DNA of 64,000 bases from a virus (lineage: Duplodnaviria; Heunggongvirae; Uroviricota; Caudoviricetes), in IMG/VR virus record IMGVR_UViG_3300022594_000256, positions 3,368-67,367 of that record. The stretch is one strand, 5' to 3'. Made by a program: the position numbers and the translations under genes. Below the pieces are notes generated by a model, which had not been told where the DNA came from, made no database searches, and saw only the letters and a program-made list of their open reading frames with translations. Positions 1 to 18,858 of this stretch are shown in pieces; positions within the stretch are counted from its first letter, which is position 1, and each line of letters starts with the position of its first letter.

Positions 1-339
1 ATAACCAGCACCGCCTGTTACTACGCTAATACCGTCAATGTATCCTTCACCATCAATAGCATTAGCCGCATACGTTGCCACTTCCCATCCTACTATTGGG
101 CTTACTACATTGCCGTTTAATACCGCAAACTGGTATCCATCAATGATAACAAGTTGTGTATAATCGGCACCTACTCCCCAACTGTGTGTTTGGTCGCCAG
201 TATCGTTAACTTCGATAGCTACACTGGTACCAGCACGGGTAACACCTGGAATAACCAGTTTGCCCTGAGCACTGGTATCGATGTTAACACCGTTTATGCT
301 TAGTGTCGGGCTTTGAATCTTAAATGGTTGCATTGTCAT
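1..339 (-). CDS. partial structural (fibre-like) protein, N-terminal part; C-terminus lies beyond window start
   Basis: Open minus-strand frame from ATG at 339..337 (AAGGA SD 9 nt upstream) with no stop through position 1; translation MTMQPFKIQSPTLSINGVNID... is Gly/Thr/Val-rich like neighbouring fibre proteins; not in the ORF track because it lacks an in-window stop. Confidence 0.4.
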   Translation of the reverse strand, partial: MTMQPFKIQSPTLSINGVNIDTSAQGKLVIPGVTRAGTSVAIEVNDTGDQTHSWGVGADYTQLVIIDGYQFAVLNGNVVSPIVGWEVATYAANAIDGEGYIDGISVVTGGAGY

Positions 340-352
340 TTCTGTTTATTCC

Positions 353-2728
353 TTAATCTGATGTAATGATTTCTGTAGCGAATGTTCTAACTTCAACTCC
401 GTAAGTTAGACTAGTTGGGCGGCATAGCACTTCTACTCTGCTGATTGTTGGATTCCAACGTGCCGAGAATGTTGCTAATGGATCTGTGCTAGTATGCACT
501 ACACCGTAAGCACTTGCGGCCACTGTGTTGTTTCTAAAACTCTTAGCAATGATCATTTCTGTACTTTGTGTGTCCCAACCTTCGTTTGGAACTTCATAGC
601 CTTCAACTTTAATCAATAGCTTAAACGTGTGCATATTATTTGAGCCGGTGTAGATAACTGTATCCATTCCGGTATTGCATGTTACGTTTGCGCTATCAAC
701 TTGTTTAGTATAGTTTGGTAGTGTTAATGAGCCTACTGGGTCAAAATACCAAGTGCGTGTTACAGGATGTGCGGCATCTGTTTGAACATCGACTGCATCT
801 AAAGCAATACCTTCAGTACTGTTAAAGTGGAAACCCATTCCTGCTGCGATAAATGATCCGCCGTTCTGCTCACCAAAGATAACTTTGCCGCCATTGGGAA
901 CTGTTGTGCTACCATCTCTGCTAAACTTCCAAGCATTGGTTCCCGAAGTTAGTTCTAGTTCTGTTACTAGAGTAACAGTACCGCCAGTGGTATATGCTGT
1001 CCATGATGTGCTATCTACAGGAAAGCTGTAACTTTCATCTGCAAACAACTGGCATTGATTACCGTCACTTGCTCGATAGTACCAAGTGCCGTTGGCTTCC
1101 GTTGTACCTTCAGTAATGCCATCTATAACAATCTGTCCCTCTTCAACCATCATAAATTCAGTATCAGCAAATGTTACAAATGTTTCTGAGCCTATTGTAA
1201 TACCAGTAACTATTGTAGACCAAGTCTTTTCTAACAGTTGAGCACCTTGTGGTAATCTTAACGAACCATCGGTACCAAATGTCCAAGTATATTGAACAGT
1301 ACCTTCAGATGTAATTTCAACTCCACCGTAGCTTGGTAGCTTTACAAAGTTAGAGTCGTCTCCTAAGAATAGGTTAAGATTACCTGGATCCTGTTTCGCT
1401 ATATGGAAATGATCAGGCTGTCCAATTGTTGGGCTATTACCAAACAATATTGTACCACGGTCTGTGGTCATCGGAATGCCATCAAATGAATTGCTGCTAC
1501 CTATAGTAGAGCCATTAGGTAACTGTAAGTAACCGTCTGATTTAAATTTGAAAAAGCTACCGTTAGCATTGAGATCAATGTTAAACGTTGAACCGATGAT
1601 AGCATCATGAATGCTGTCAACGGAGTGTGGCAAGTTTAATACACCGTTTGCTCCAAATATCCATTGGTTAGAACTACCATTACTGGTAAGTACAAGACTT
1701 GCCTGGTTAAACGAATCTACGCTTAAACCGCCATCAACAGTGTTTTCTCTTAGTCCACCGTATGGTGATAACAAATATCCCGGAATATGTAGTTTAGAAT
1801 CACCGCCATTTAACACTACGGACACAACACCAGCAGATAATCTATCATTAGCTACCCAGTGTGTATCAAAATCAGTACTGCTTATTTTACTTAGAATCTG
1901 TCCAGCACTTCCACCGTTAGGTACACCTTGACCATCTAAACCATTTAGACCGTTGGAACCATTTTGTCCGTTAGTACCTGTATCGCCTTTAAGGCCGCGA
2001 TCACCTCTGTCACCTTTAAGGCCAGTTGGACCTTGAATCTGTCCCACATCGTTCCATGCATGATCAGTTAAGTTCCAGAACCACAAGCTACCATCTAAAT
2101 GTGTGTCGCCGTCGCCTGTTGTGACGATCCAACCGTGGCCAGCAAAATCTGCTGGATTAACTGGTGCTGCTGGTAAATCTGCGATTGTTGCTTTTGTACC
2201 TTGTAGTGTTACTGAAACACCTTGGTCACCTTTATCACCCTTGTCGCCTGTGTCACCTTTTTGTCCGACACCGTTGAGACCGTTAGTACCAGGCAAGCCA
2301 TTTTGTCCGTTAAGACCAGCAGATCCTCTATCTCCCTTGTCACCACGAGGGATTGTAAAATTAAATATTGCAGCAGTTGCAGTACCAACATTATCTACTT
2401 CTGCGCTACTTCCGGCAATTCCGGTTGTAGTAATACCGACATCAACTGTACCACTGTTACCCGTATCACCCTTAACACCTTGCGGACCCTGTGCGCCCGC
2501 TAACGATGTACCGTCTTGATACAATATATGTGTACCAGTGGGAATTATTAAATTTCCGTTGATATCTACCTGTACTGTATGTCCATTGTTTGTGATTGAG
2601 TTAGTACCTGCGGGCTGCGCCACAGCGTGACCTACCCATTTAACGCCATCGAATATGTACGTTGTGCCATTGTCACCCGTGTACTGATCATGCAGTTGGG
2701 GATTGCTTGGAAAATTTAATATTGCCAT
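353..2728 (-). CDS. collagen-like (Gly-X-Y) repeat tail fibre protein
   Basis: 791-aa ORF, ATG with AAGGA SD; three Gly-X-Y blocks (GAQGPQGVKGDTGNSG; GDKGDRGSAGLNGQNGLPGTNGLNGVGQKGDTGDKGDKGDQG; GLKGDRGDRGLKGDTGTNGQNGSNGLNGLDGQG) then a Thr/Ser/Gly-rich beta-type C-terminal region. Confidence 0.75.
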   Translation of the reverse strand: MAILNFPSNPQLHDQYTGDNGTTYIFDGVKWVGHAVAQPAGTNSITNNGHTVQVDINGNLIIPTGTHILYQDGTSLAGAQGPQGVKGDTGNSGTVDVGITTTGIAGSSAEVDNVGTATAAIFNFTIPRGDKGDRGSAGLNGQNGLPGTNGLNGVGQKGDTGDKGDKGDQGVSVTLQGTKATIADLPAAPVNPADFAGHGWIVTTGDGDTHLDGSLWFWNLTDHAWNDVGQIQGPTGLKGDRGDRGLKGDTGTNGQNGSNGLNGLDGQGVPNGGSAGQILSKISSTDFDTHWVANDRLSAGVVSVVLNGGDSKLHIPGYLLSPYGGLRENTVDGGLSVDSFNQASLVLTSNGSSNQWIFGANGVLNLPHSVDSIHDAIIGSTFNIDLNANGSFFKFKSDGYLQLPNGSTIGSSNSFDGIPMTTDRGTILFGNSPTIGQPDHFHIAKQDPGNLNLFLGDDSNFVKLPSYGGVEITSEGTVQYTWTFGTDGSLRLPQGAQLLEKTWSTIVTGITIGSETFVTFADTEFMMVEEGQIVIDGITEGTTEANGTWYYRASDGNQCQLFADESYSFPVDSTSWTAYTTGGTVTLVTELELTSGTNAWKFSRDGSTTVPNGGKVIFGEQNGGSFIAAGMGFHFNSTEGIALDAVDVQTDAAHPVTRTWYFDPVGSLTLPNYTKQVDSANVTCNTGMDTVIYTGSNNMHTFKLLIKVEGYEVPNEGWDTQSTEMIIAKSFRNNTVAASAYGVVHTSTDPLATFSARWNPTISRVEVLCRPTSLTYGVEVRTFATEIITSD

Positions 2729-2758
2729 CGCTCTTTATCCTTGTTCTTATATTTATTA

Positions 2759-3639
2759 TTAGGCACCAGTGCCGTTATTTAGGGCTTTAACTACTGTAGC
2801 TAACCTGTCTATTGCATCTTGTATTGTTAGTGGAGCAGTTCCCGCCCAGTCACTAGGTGTAGTAGGAACATACGAAATTGTTCCACCTACTGGTAATGTT
2901 AATGAACCGTCAGTGCCGATGACTACATTGCTAGTGCCGGCAGTGAATTTAATAGCCCCTAACGATTTAACAGTCGTTGGGTATGTAGGCGCCTGACTTG
3001 CTGCTACGTTAGCAGTCCATCCTGCGCCTCCCGGCAATACTACATTGTTTAATTGTATAGTTAATGCATATCCTTCAACACCGTGAATTGACGAACTAAA
3101 TGTAAATGTATCACCTGATGAATATCCTGGATTATTTAAAATAGGCCAAATATTATCAAGCATTAGTTCACAATCACCATTGGCTGCATATTGGAATTCT
3201 CCATGTAAAACCCAAGGCGTACCAGATAAAACTAGTGACGGTTTACCTAAAGTAGATACGTAATGTGCAGGAGAAAGCGATAACGTAAATATATTTGTAG
3301 TAGGACTAGGAACAGTTAAAGTTCCGTCCGTTCCTAAACTAACAATCTTATTACCATTTTCTAGACTATTAAGTATCCCTCCTAATTCTGGATTAGTGTC
3401 AACCCAGTTTAAGTCGTAATAGACATACATACGACCGCCAACTGTATCGTACCATAAATCTCCTGCGGCCGGACTTGTTGGCGGCATTGTTCCTTCTGTT
3501 ACACTTGTGCCACCTCCTCCTCCGCCTGCACCGGCATATAACTCTTCAAAGTTTGCATTAACTTTGGCAAACGCTGTGCGTAATGGATCACCGCTTTTGT
3601 CATTTGCCGTTTGGCCGATATTGATTACTTGCTTAGCCA

Positions 3640-3640
<1 letters not shown>
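2759..3640 (-). CDS. fibre-like structural protein sharing the N-terminal anchor domain of the giant fibre
   Basis: 293 aa; N-terminus MAKQVINIGQTANDKSGDPLRTAFAKVNANFEELY parallels [35 protein letters not shown] of the 3432-aa protein; poly-Gly run GAGGGGGGT; start overlaps upstream stop (TAATG). Confidence 0.6.
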
Positions 3641-14267
<10,627 letters not shown>

Positions 14268-14327
14268 GTTTTGCCCTCGATATCATATTTAGCAGAATGT
14301 TTTTATAACCTTAATGTAAATACACTT

Positions 14328-14615
14328 ATGTACTTAGGACAAGAATACGCACAGCAGGCTCATTATCGCAAGAGCAAATACGGAACTGTACACGCATATT
14401 TGCGTAAAAAAACAGTTTTAATATTTCAATGTGACTGTTGCCACGGAATATTTAAACGTGATAAAGGAAATATGGATCCCAACCGTTTAAATAACAGCGT
14501 ATATCATGTTTGCGGTAACTGCGATGCTAAAAAGTTTGCACAAAGCAAAGGAGTTGAAGCTCGTAAGGTTTGGGATATGCCAGTAAGCAGTCTAAAGACG
14601 ATTGGCGAATTATAA
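14328..14615 (+). CDS. small Cys-rich (zinc-ribbon-like) hypothetical protein
   Basis: Track ORF begins with TTG at 14271; first ATG at 14328 chosen; CDCCHG...CGNCD motifs; leaves about 60-nt divergent spacer to iscA. Confidence 0.4.
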   Translation: MYLGQEYAQQAHYRKSKYGTVHAYLRKKTVLIFQCDCCHGIFKRDKGNMDPNRLNNSVYHVCGNCDAKKFAQSKGVEARKVWDMPVSSLKTIGEL

Positions 14616-14648
14616 ACGCATATAAATAGTCAATAGGAGATTAACATT

Positions 14649-14888
14649 ATGTTAAAATTTATTAAAAGTTTTTTTGGTAAAAAGCCAGAAGCAGCACCAG
14701 AAGTACCGTACAAAGTAGAAACACCAGCAGTATCGCCTATTGCTGAACAAGCTACTGAAGCGGTTGTAGCATCTATTGCACCAGCGGCTGAGCCTAAAAA
14801 AGCACCAGCTAAAAAAGCAGGAGCACCTAAAAAGCAAGGCAGTTACAAGCCTCGCAAGCCGAAGGCACCTAAAGCGCCTAAAGCATAA
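14649..14888 (+). CDS. Lys/Ala/Pro-rich basic histone H1-like DNA-binding protein
   Basis: 79 aa; AGGAG SD 8 nt upstream of ATG; C-terminal half KKAPAKKAGAPKKQGSYKPRKPKAPKAPKA typical of bacterial H1/AlgP-like tails. Confidence 0.6.
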   Translation: MLKFIKSFFGKKPEAAPEVPYKVETPAVSPIAEQATEAVVASIAPAAEPKKAPAKKAGAPKKQGSYKPRKPKAPKAPKA

Positions 14889-14913
14889 AAAAAGGGTCCA
14901 TAGGACCCTTTTT
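14887..14913. terminator. bidirectional rho-independent terminator
   Basis: A-run 14887-14893, stem GGGTCC (14894-14899), loop ATA, stem GGACCC (14903-14908), T-run 14909-14913; sits between convergent genes. Confidence 0.75.
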
Positions 14914-15136
14914 AATGGAATTTATCTAACTGCTGAATAAATTCTTGTATCTTTTTTTGCGTATCTAGTTTACGCTTTTCATCCCACTCAGGGTTTTCCT
15001 CTAGTTCTTCACGCAAAGACTCTATACGAAATATCAGTTGCTCTCTAGAGAGCTTTTGTACAGTTCCATGCTGGCGAGGTTTTTGCCCTTGCTTTCGCAC
15101 ATTATGTCGAACTGGTTTAGAAAACTTATTGCCCAA
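14912..15136 (-). CDS. hypothetical small coiled-coil protein (overlaps uvdE 3' end; uncertain)
   Basis: 74-aa ORF ending exactly at the terminator; overlaps uvdE C-terminal 103 nt in another frame. Confidence 0.25.
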   Translation of the reverse strand: MGNKFSKPVRHNVRKQGQKPRQHGTVQKLSREQLIFRIESLREELEENPEWDEKRKLDTQKKIQEFIQQLDKFH

Positions 15137-16053
15137 TTATTAACTTCCTTATTCCAATAAAAGTCAGAGTGTGCTCTGAGCTTTTGCTTTTTGTAGCCTT
15201 CTAAAAGTAAGGCTGAATGATCTGGTGCCACATCGGGTGTATGGCCCACAAGTACATCTTCACGACTGACAGAATAGTGGCAAGTAGGACGCATACCGCG
15301 CCAGCTATCCACAACTTTTCTAACCGCAGGGTCGTCTGGTTGGATGTAAACACCTTCCCGAATCCAGTGGTGATGAATATCAAGGACGATAGGAACCAAA
15401 TCCATAAGAGACAAGCAATCATCTAAACCCCAGCTATTTTCTTCGTTTTCAATTGTAATACAGTTGCGGGCTTCGGGCGATAGTCGTTGATACGCACGTC
15501 GGATACCTTCGGGACCTTGTTTACCTGAGATATGGACGTTAATCTTAAAATCTTGGAAGGATTTGCCGTAGCCCATCCACCGTGCCATATCTGCATGATA
15601 CTCAAACTCCTCTATCGAACGCTGGACAATGCCTGGGTTATCACTTGCCAAAACTGTAAACTGCCCAGGATGCATACTAAGTCGAACACCGCTATCGCGA
15701 GCAATATCACCCACTCTCTTGAAGTGGGTTTCGGCGTATGATATAACAGAAGGTTCGCGCCAATAATCAGCAAAAGACTCGTGAGTATAAACAGGCAGAA
15801 TGTCGCTGCTAAGCCTAACCATCCGAAGAGCAGGATCAAGTGTGCTGACACGTTCCACCAGCTTTCTTGTTGCTTCGATATTGCCTACCATTAGGTCCCA
15901 TAACTTTTGCTCCGCTACATCTCTTGATTGTCTATTTAACCAAGCAACCGTCGTAGTGCCGGTGTTATATTGTTTTGCATCATCGTCGGCTTTAATGCCG
16001 TCAGTTTGATGAGGAAAGTCAATCCACTTACATGCGAAACCTATTTTGCCCAT
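15034..16053 (-). CDS. uvsE: UV damage endonuclease (UvdE/UVDE family)
   Basis: Matches remembered Bacillus UvsE blocks: RLSMHPGQFTVLASDNP, KINVHISGKQG, ITIENEENSWG, HHHW; longest ORF extends to 16131 but ATG at 16053 (MGKIGFACKW) gives a family-typical length. Confidence 0.75.
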   Translation of the reverse strand: MGKIGFACKWIDFPHQTDGIKADDDAKQYNTGTTTVAWLNRQSRDVAEQKLWDLMVGNIEATRKLVERVSTLDPALRMVRLSSDILPVYTHESFADYWREPSVISYAETHFKRVGDIARDSGVRLSMHPGQFTVLASDNPGIVQRSIEEFEYHADMARWMGYGKSFQDFKINVHISGKQGPEGIRRAYQRLSPEARNCITIENEENSWGLDDCLSLMDLVPIVLDIHHHWIREGVYIQPDDPAVRKVVDSWRGMRPTCHYSVSREDVLVGHTPDVAPDHSALLLEGYKKQKLRAHSDFYWNKEVNNWAISFLNQFDIMCESKGKNLASMELYKSSLESN

Positions 16054-16334
16054 TACCAATGCCTTATGACGCCTGCGATTATAAAAAAATTTGTTATAAC
16101 GTATGTTAACACAATTGCAGTCCGAATGCAAGCAATACGGTCCGATTCCTCGTCCGTTTTGCCTGATTTTTCGCCTAATGCTTTAGCCCAAAGTTTCCAA
16201 TACTTATTCTTTATCATTTTGGACTATACCGTACTGCTTGTATAACCAAGTGATAAATGCTTCTATTTCCTTACTTGGGTAAGGATATACTTTGTAAGCA
16301 ATTACAATTCTTTCTAACCAATCTTTGTCGATCA

Positions 16335-16883
16335 TTATCTATCCGTATAAAACACCGAACGACTCTTCGGAGTTTCCCACCATTCAATGCTTTCAACTTG
16401 TACGTTGAGCTTTTTCATTTTAGCTTCAACAAGTTCTGCCATCCATTCGGATAGTTTTTCACTTGTTGGAACAAAGTCCACAACCATGAATCCTTCGAAA
16501 TATTCATATTCTGGAGTGTTTGCTTCAAGTCCCGATAGATCCAAATGCCACCCAGCACAGTGATTAGTATCTGGAACATAAACAGGAACAAGGCCCCTAT
16601 CCCCAATAATTTTTCCATATAGGGGATCGTTTTTATCAATAATAAATTGATGGTCAATATAAGTGTTGATCCACTTCTTTAGCCATTCTAAATGTCTAAA
16701 ATCGGTAACCATACCTGTATTGTCTAACGTTGGCGCAGTTAAATGTACCTGCATTTTGCCTTCGTGTCCGTGTAAATGTCTGCAAGCACACTTTAAGTCT
16801 GCTGCATATTCACCATTTAGTGTTTGTGTATGAACTCTGTGTCCATAACAGAATTCAAAAGTTTTATCAATTATCCAAGTCAT
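16335..16883 (-). CDS. 6-pyruvoyl-tetrahydropterin synthase / QueD-like protein
   Basis: FEFCYGHRV ... CACRHLHGHEGKM (Cx..HGH zinc motif) and YIDHQFIIDKND block characteristic of PTPS/QueD fold; ATG start. Confidence 0.65.
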   Translation of the reverse strand: MTWIIDKTFEFCYGHRVHTQTLNGEYAADLKCACRHLHGHEGKMQVHLTAPTLDNTGMVTDFRHLEWLKKWINTYIDHQFIIDKNDPLYGKIIGDRGLVPVYVPDTNHCAGWHLDLSGLEANTPEYEYFEGFMVVDFVPTSEKLSEWMAELVEAKMKKLNVQVESIEWWETPKSRSVFYTDR

Positions 16884-16984
16884 CTTAATATCCTAATAGA
16901 TGACACGCAGAATTTTTAACGAGGGATGAGCGTCTAAAGTCCTCTATTGCCTATATAATGCCTTAATATAGTAATTATATAGAT

Positions 16985-17341
16985 TTATTTAGACTTGTCA
17001 ACATTACGATTTGCCAATGGCTTAATATCGTTTTTAAATTCATTCAATTCAATTAGGATACCTTGTAGTAAATGATATTCGGCTTGTTGGTGTGTTAAAA
17101 TAATTCGAATAACTTTCATAGTCCAGTACCACCAGTTAGCTGAGATAATAAGCATCGAAGATGCAATTACCCACCATAGTGGTGCAGAATGTAGCTGATC
17201 AATCCACCCCCAACCAAAAATTAAAAAAATAATTCCGATTGAAACTACAGAACTTGCGTAAAGCCAGTATCGTCTTTGGTTGTTAAGTTTTTCAATTTGC
17301 CTATTATGATGTTCAAAAAAGTTGTTTATATGTGAGTTCAT
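16985..17341 (-). CDS. small membrane protein (2 TM helices)
   Basis: Start moved to ATG 17341 which overlaps upstream TGA (ATGA coupling); hydrophobic segments YWLYASSVVSIGIIFLIFGWGWI and LWWVIASSMLIISANWWYW. Confidence 0.45.
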   Translation of the reverse strand: MNSHINNFFEHHNRQIEKLNNQRRYWLYASSVVSIGIIFLIFGWGWIDQLHSAPLWWVIASSMLIISANWWYWTMKVIRIILTHQQAEYHLLQGILIELNEFKNDIKPLANRNVDKSK

Positions 17342-18801
17342 TGTGAAGTAATCAGTCCAAATGGTAACCATAATCCGGGTGCGCCTTCTGTAACACATAC
17401 CCATCCAATATAGCTACCGCTTTGTGGCTGATTATTCCAACAAACATCGCCCTTACTGAATGTACCTTGTGTAGGTGCTACATTACCAGTAATAAACTTT
17501 TTATCAGCAAAACTAACATTGCCTTTGACTGTTAAATCAAAATTAGGGTCAGGATTATTGACCCCAATCGACAATGGACCATAAACCTTAACAGGTCTAC
17601 GAACATTATCTTTATTGCCAATGTTAACTTGATTAACATCAGCGTAAAAGACTTCGTCTTGTGATACTAGAACAGAAATGTTACTAGTAGAACTTATTCC
17701 GGTACTAGCAATATTTACACTGTTAAGACGATCATTAAAAATAGCAGTTTTGAATTTTGCTGTGTCGATATTTAATTCGTTTGTAAAGTTTGCAGGACCG
17801 ACAACAGTTAATGATTCGAGATTTCCTAATTTAGTTAAGCTAGATGTAACTACATTTGCACCTAGTGCAGTGGCAGAAAGAACTGGACTACCTCCAATGT
17901 AATATGATTGCCCATTGTCCAAATCAAAAGATTCGCTAGTCCAAAGTCTATCTGGATTGCTAGCCATAACTAAATGTCTAGTTGGTCCGGTACCTGTCCA
18001 TTCTAAACCTTTATTGTAAATGTTAGAATCTTTGGTTGATTTAAACTCTAATGAGTTATAACGATCAACTCGTGTATCTGAGATAATAGTTTCAACGTTT
18101 AAGGTTCCATAGATAGTAACATTGGCAGTTTTACTTACTTCGTTGCCAAAGACAACATCTCCGTTATTCTTAACAACAATTCTTGCAGTGTTGTCTGTAA
18201 TAATATTAAGATCGGCATTGCTGTATGTACCAACATCTGCACTGCCTACACGTGAACTACCAGCAATAAACTCTACATCATTTTCAACAATAGCTAAAGA
18301 ACCATTAGGACTTTCTGTGTTAATACCAATACGTCCTAAGTTACTACTAAAAAAAGCAAACTGACCTAGACTTGCTTCACCTAGCACTGTAAGACTGTTT
18401 AATGCGCCAACTTGTCTTAAATTACTTTTTGTAATTGTAGAACCTAATGCTCCGGCACTTAGTACAGCAACGTTATCGATTTTATAAGAATTATCTGTGC
18501 TTAAATCAATATCAGCATTGGACCAAAGACGCCCACCGTCTCTGTAAATGAATTTATAACTACCTTGTCCCCAAGTCCAATCCAATCCTTTGCCAGTAAT
18601 ATCTGCTTCTAAGTTAGCAGTCCAGTTACCTACATCAGTTGAGTTTTTGTGTTTTGTTACTAGATTATTAACAGTAAGTGTATCAACAGTAATTGTATCT
18701 GTTGTTAAACTACCAGTATGAGTTACGTCGCCTTCTAATGTTGTTAGGGCTAGTTTGTCAATTACGATTTTATCGTTTAGAATAGTGAATAGTTGGGTCA
18801 T
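17338..18801 (-). CDS. structural (fibre/baseplate-like) protein with internal ~75-aa tandem duplication
   Basis: 487 aa; duplicated segments KGLDWTWGQGSYKFIYRDGGRLWSNADIDL...LGEA and KGLEWTGTGPTRHLVMASNPDRLWTSESFDL...VGPA; Asn/Thr/Ser-rich; C-terminal GDVCWNNQPQSGSYIGWVCVTEGAPGLW. Confidence 0.6.
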   Translation of the reverse strand: MTQLFTILNDKIVIDKLALTTLEGDVTHTGSLTTDTITVDTLTVNNLVTKHKNSTDVGNWTANLEADITGKGLDWTWGQGSYKFIYRDGGRLWSNADIDLSTDNSYKIDNVAVLSAGALGSTITKSNLRQVGALNSLTVLGEASLGQFAFFSSNLGRIGINTESPNGSLAIVENDVEFIAGSSRVGSADVGTYSNADLNIITDNTARIVVKNNGDVVFGNEVSKTANVTIYGTLNVETIISDTRVDRYNSLEFKSTKDSNIYNKGLEWTGTGPTRHLVMASNPDRLWTSESFDLDNGQSYYIGGSPVLSATALGANVVTSSLTKLGNLESLTVVGPANFTNELNIDTAKFKTAIFNDRLNSVNIASTGISSTSNISVLVSQDEVFYADVNQVNIGNKDNVRRPVKVYGPLSIGVNNPDPNFDLTVKGNVSFADKKFITGNVAPTQGTFSKGDVCWNNQPQSGSYIGWVCVTEGAPGLWLPFGLITSQ

Positions 18802-18858
18802 AATAGGTCTCTCGTGCTGTATTTATCTTAGCACGAGAGTTACCTGAAAACCGACTAT

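Noticed and set aside
2219-2497. Periodic 9-nt (Gly-X-Y) DNA repetition in the collagen-like gene, and the six repeat units in the giant gene, as possible CRISPR or satellite arrays
   Set aside because: The repeats are in-frame coding periodicity inside long ORFs, with no repeat-spacer architecture. No CRISPR array is present anywhere in the window.
14271-14327. Track start of the 114-aa plus ORF at 14271
   Set aside because: The codon at 14271 is TTG and lies 3 nt from the iscA start on the other strand, leaving no room for regulatory signals. The first ATG at 14328 was used instead.
15201-16454. Cluster of small ORFs on both strands overlapping uvdE and the PTPS region (15201..15422, 15217..15426, 15423..15605, 15532..15741, 15612..15851, 15800..16009, 15970..16245, 16257..16454, 16415..16657)
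   Set aside because: All are nested in or antisense to the well-supported UvdE and PTPS reading frames. No independent signals.
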